Virus record (IMG/VR): IMGVR_UViG_3300017771_002251
Coordinates: 1-55,340 of that record
From: a virus
Taxonomy: Duplodnaviria; Caudoviricetes
Direction: 5' to 3' (one strand)
Length of the DNA stretch: 55,340 bases
Below are positions 55,101 to 55,340 of the stretch, piece by piece; the first letter of the stretch is position 1, and each line of letters starts with the position of its first letter. The position numbers were made by a program, and so were the translations under genes. Under the pieces are notes generated by a model. That model was not told where the DNA came from, searched no databases, and saw only the letters and a program-made list of their open reading frames with translations.

Positions 55101-55340
55101 TTACTGGTTGACTGCTGATCTCACCCAGTCTGCGAAAGATTCGAGAGATTGTGTATCTAATGGGTCGCAAGTCTTGTAGATGGGATTATTACTATCACGT
55201 TGCTTGGTTTGGTTAACAACGAACGTGTCAAACTCACATTCATCTTTGAACCAATCATAGGTCTCATGCTTAACATCGAACTGACCTGTAAATACCGCTG
55301 CAGGTATACCAGGGTACACACGCCTGATCTTATCGAACTC
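55101..55340 (-). CDS. Hypothetical protein, C-terminal part (5'-truncated by window edge)
   Basis: Frame open to the window end (EFDKIRRVYPGIPAAVFTG...), followed by a terminator. Confidence 0.65.
   Translation of the reverse strand, partial: EFDKIRRVYPGIPAAVFTGQFDVKHETYDWFKDECEFDTFVVNQTKQRDSNNPIYKTCDPLDTQSLESFADWVRSAVNQ

Noticed and set aside
1-55340. tRNA, rRNA or known riboswitch genes
   Set aside because: Intergenic gaps are mostly under 100 nt and no cloverleaf or known motif was recognised by eye; a covariance-model scan would be needed to be sure

Overview
This window is the late (virion-structural) region of a T4-like marine myophage, most consistent with a cyanophage of the Synechococcus/Prochlorococcus type. 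That assignment is inferred from gene order, the giant gp7, the VrlC-like protein and T4-type late promoters. Nearly all genes lie on the minus strand. Reading in the direction of transcription (right to left): a non-coding junction, small ORFs, a PAAR spike tip, baseplate gp25-gp6-gp7-gp8, a VrlC/DUF4815 protein, fibre-like proteins, an S8 protease, a 2130-aa repeat protein, a 1090-aa fibre, small fibre subunits, three tandem Cys/Gly-rich adhesin-like paralogs and a chaperone-like protein. Next comes a separately promoted sugar cassette: GT9-like heptosyltransferase, O-carbamoyltransferase, split HldE (nucleotidyltransferase and kinase), HAD phosphatase, cupin and a convergent HldD epimerase. 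The best candidate for an undescribed system is this cassette plus its neighbours. It looks like a late-expressed, apparently self-contained NDP-heptose, transferase and carbamoylation pathway that may decorate the Cys-rich fibre-tip proteins. A second highlight is a subtilase with Glu at the catalytic Asp position and a circularly permuted cupredoxin-like insertion. All assignments come from motifs read by eye; no database searches were run.
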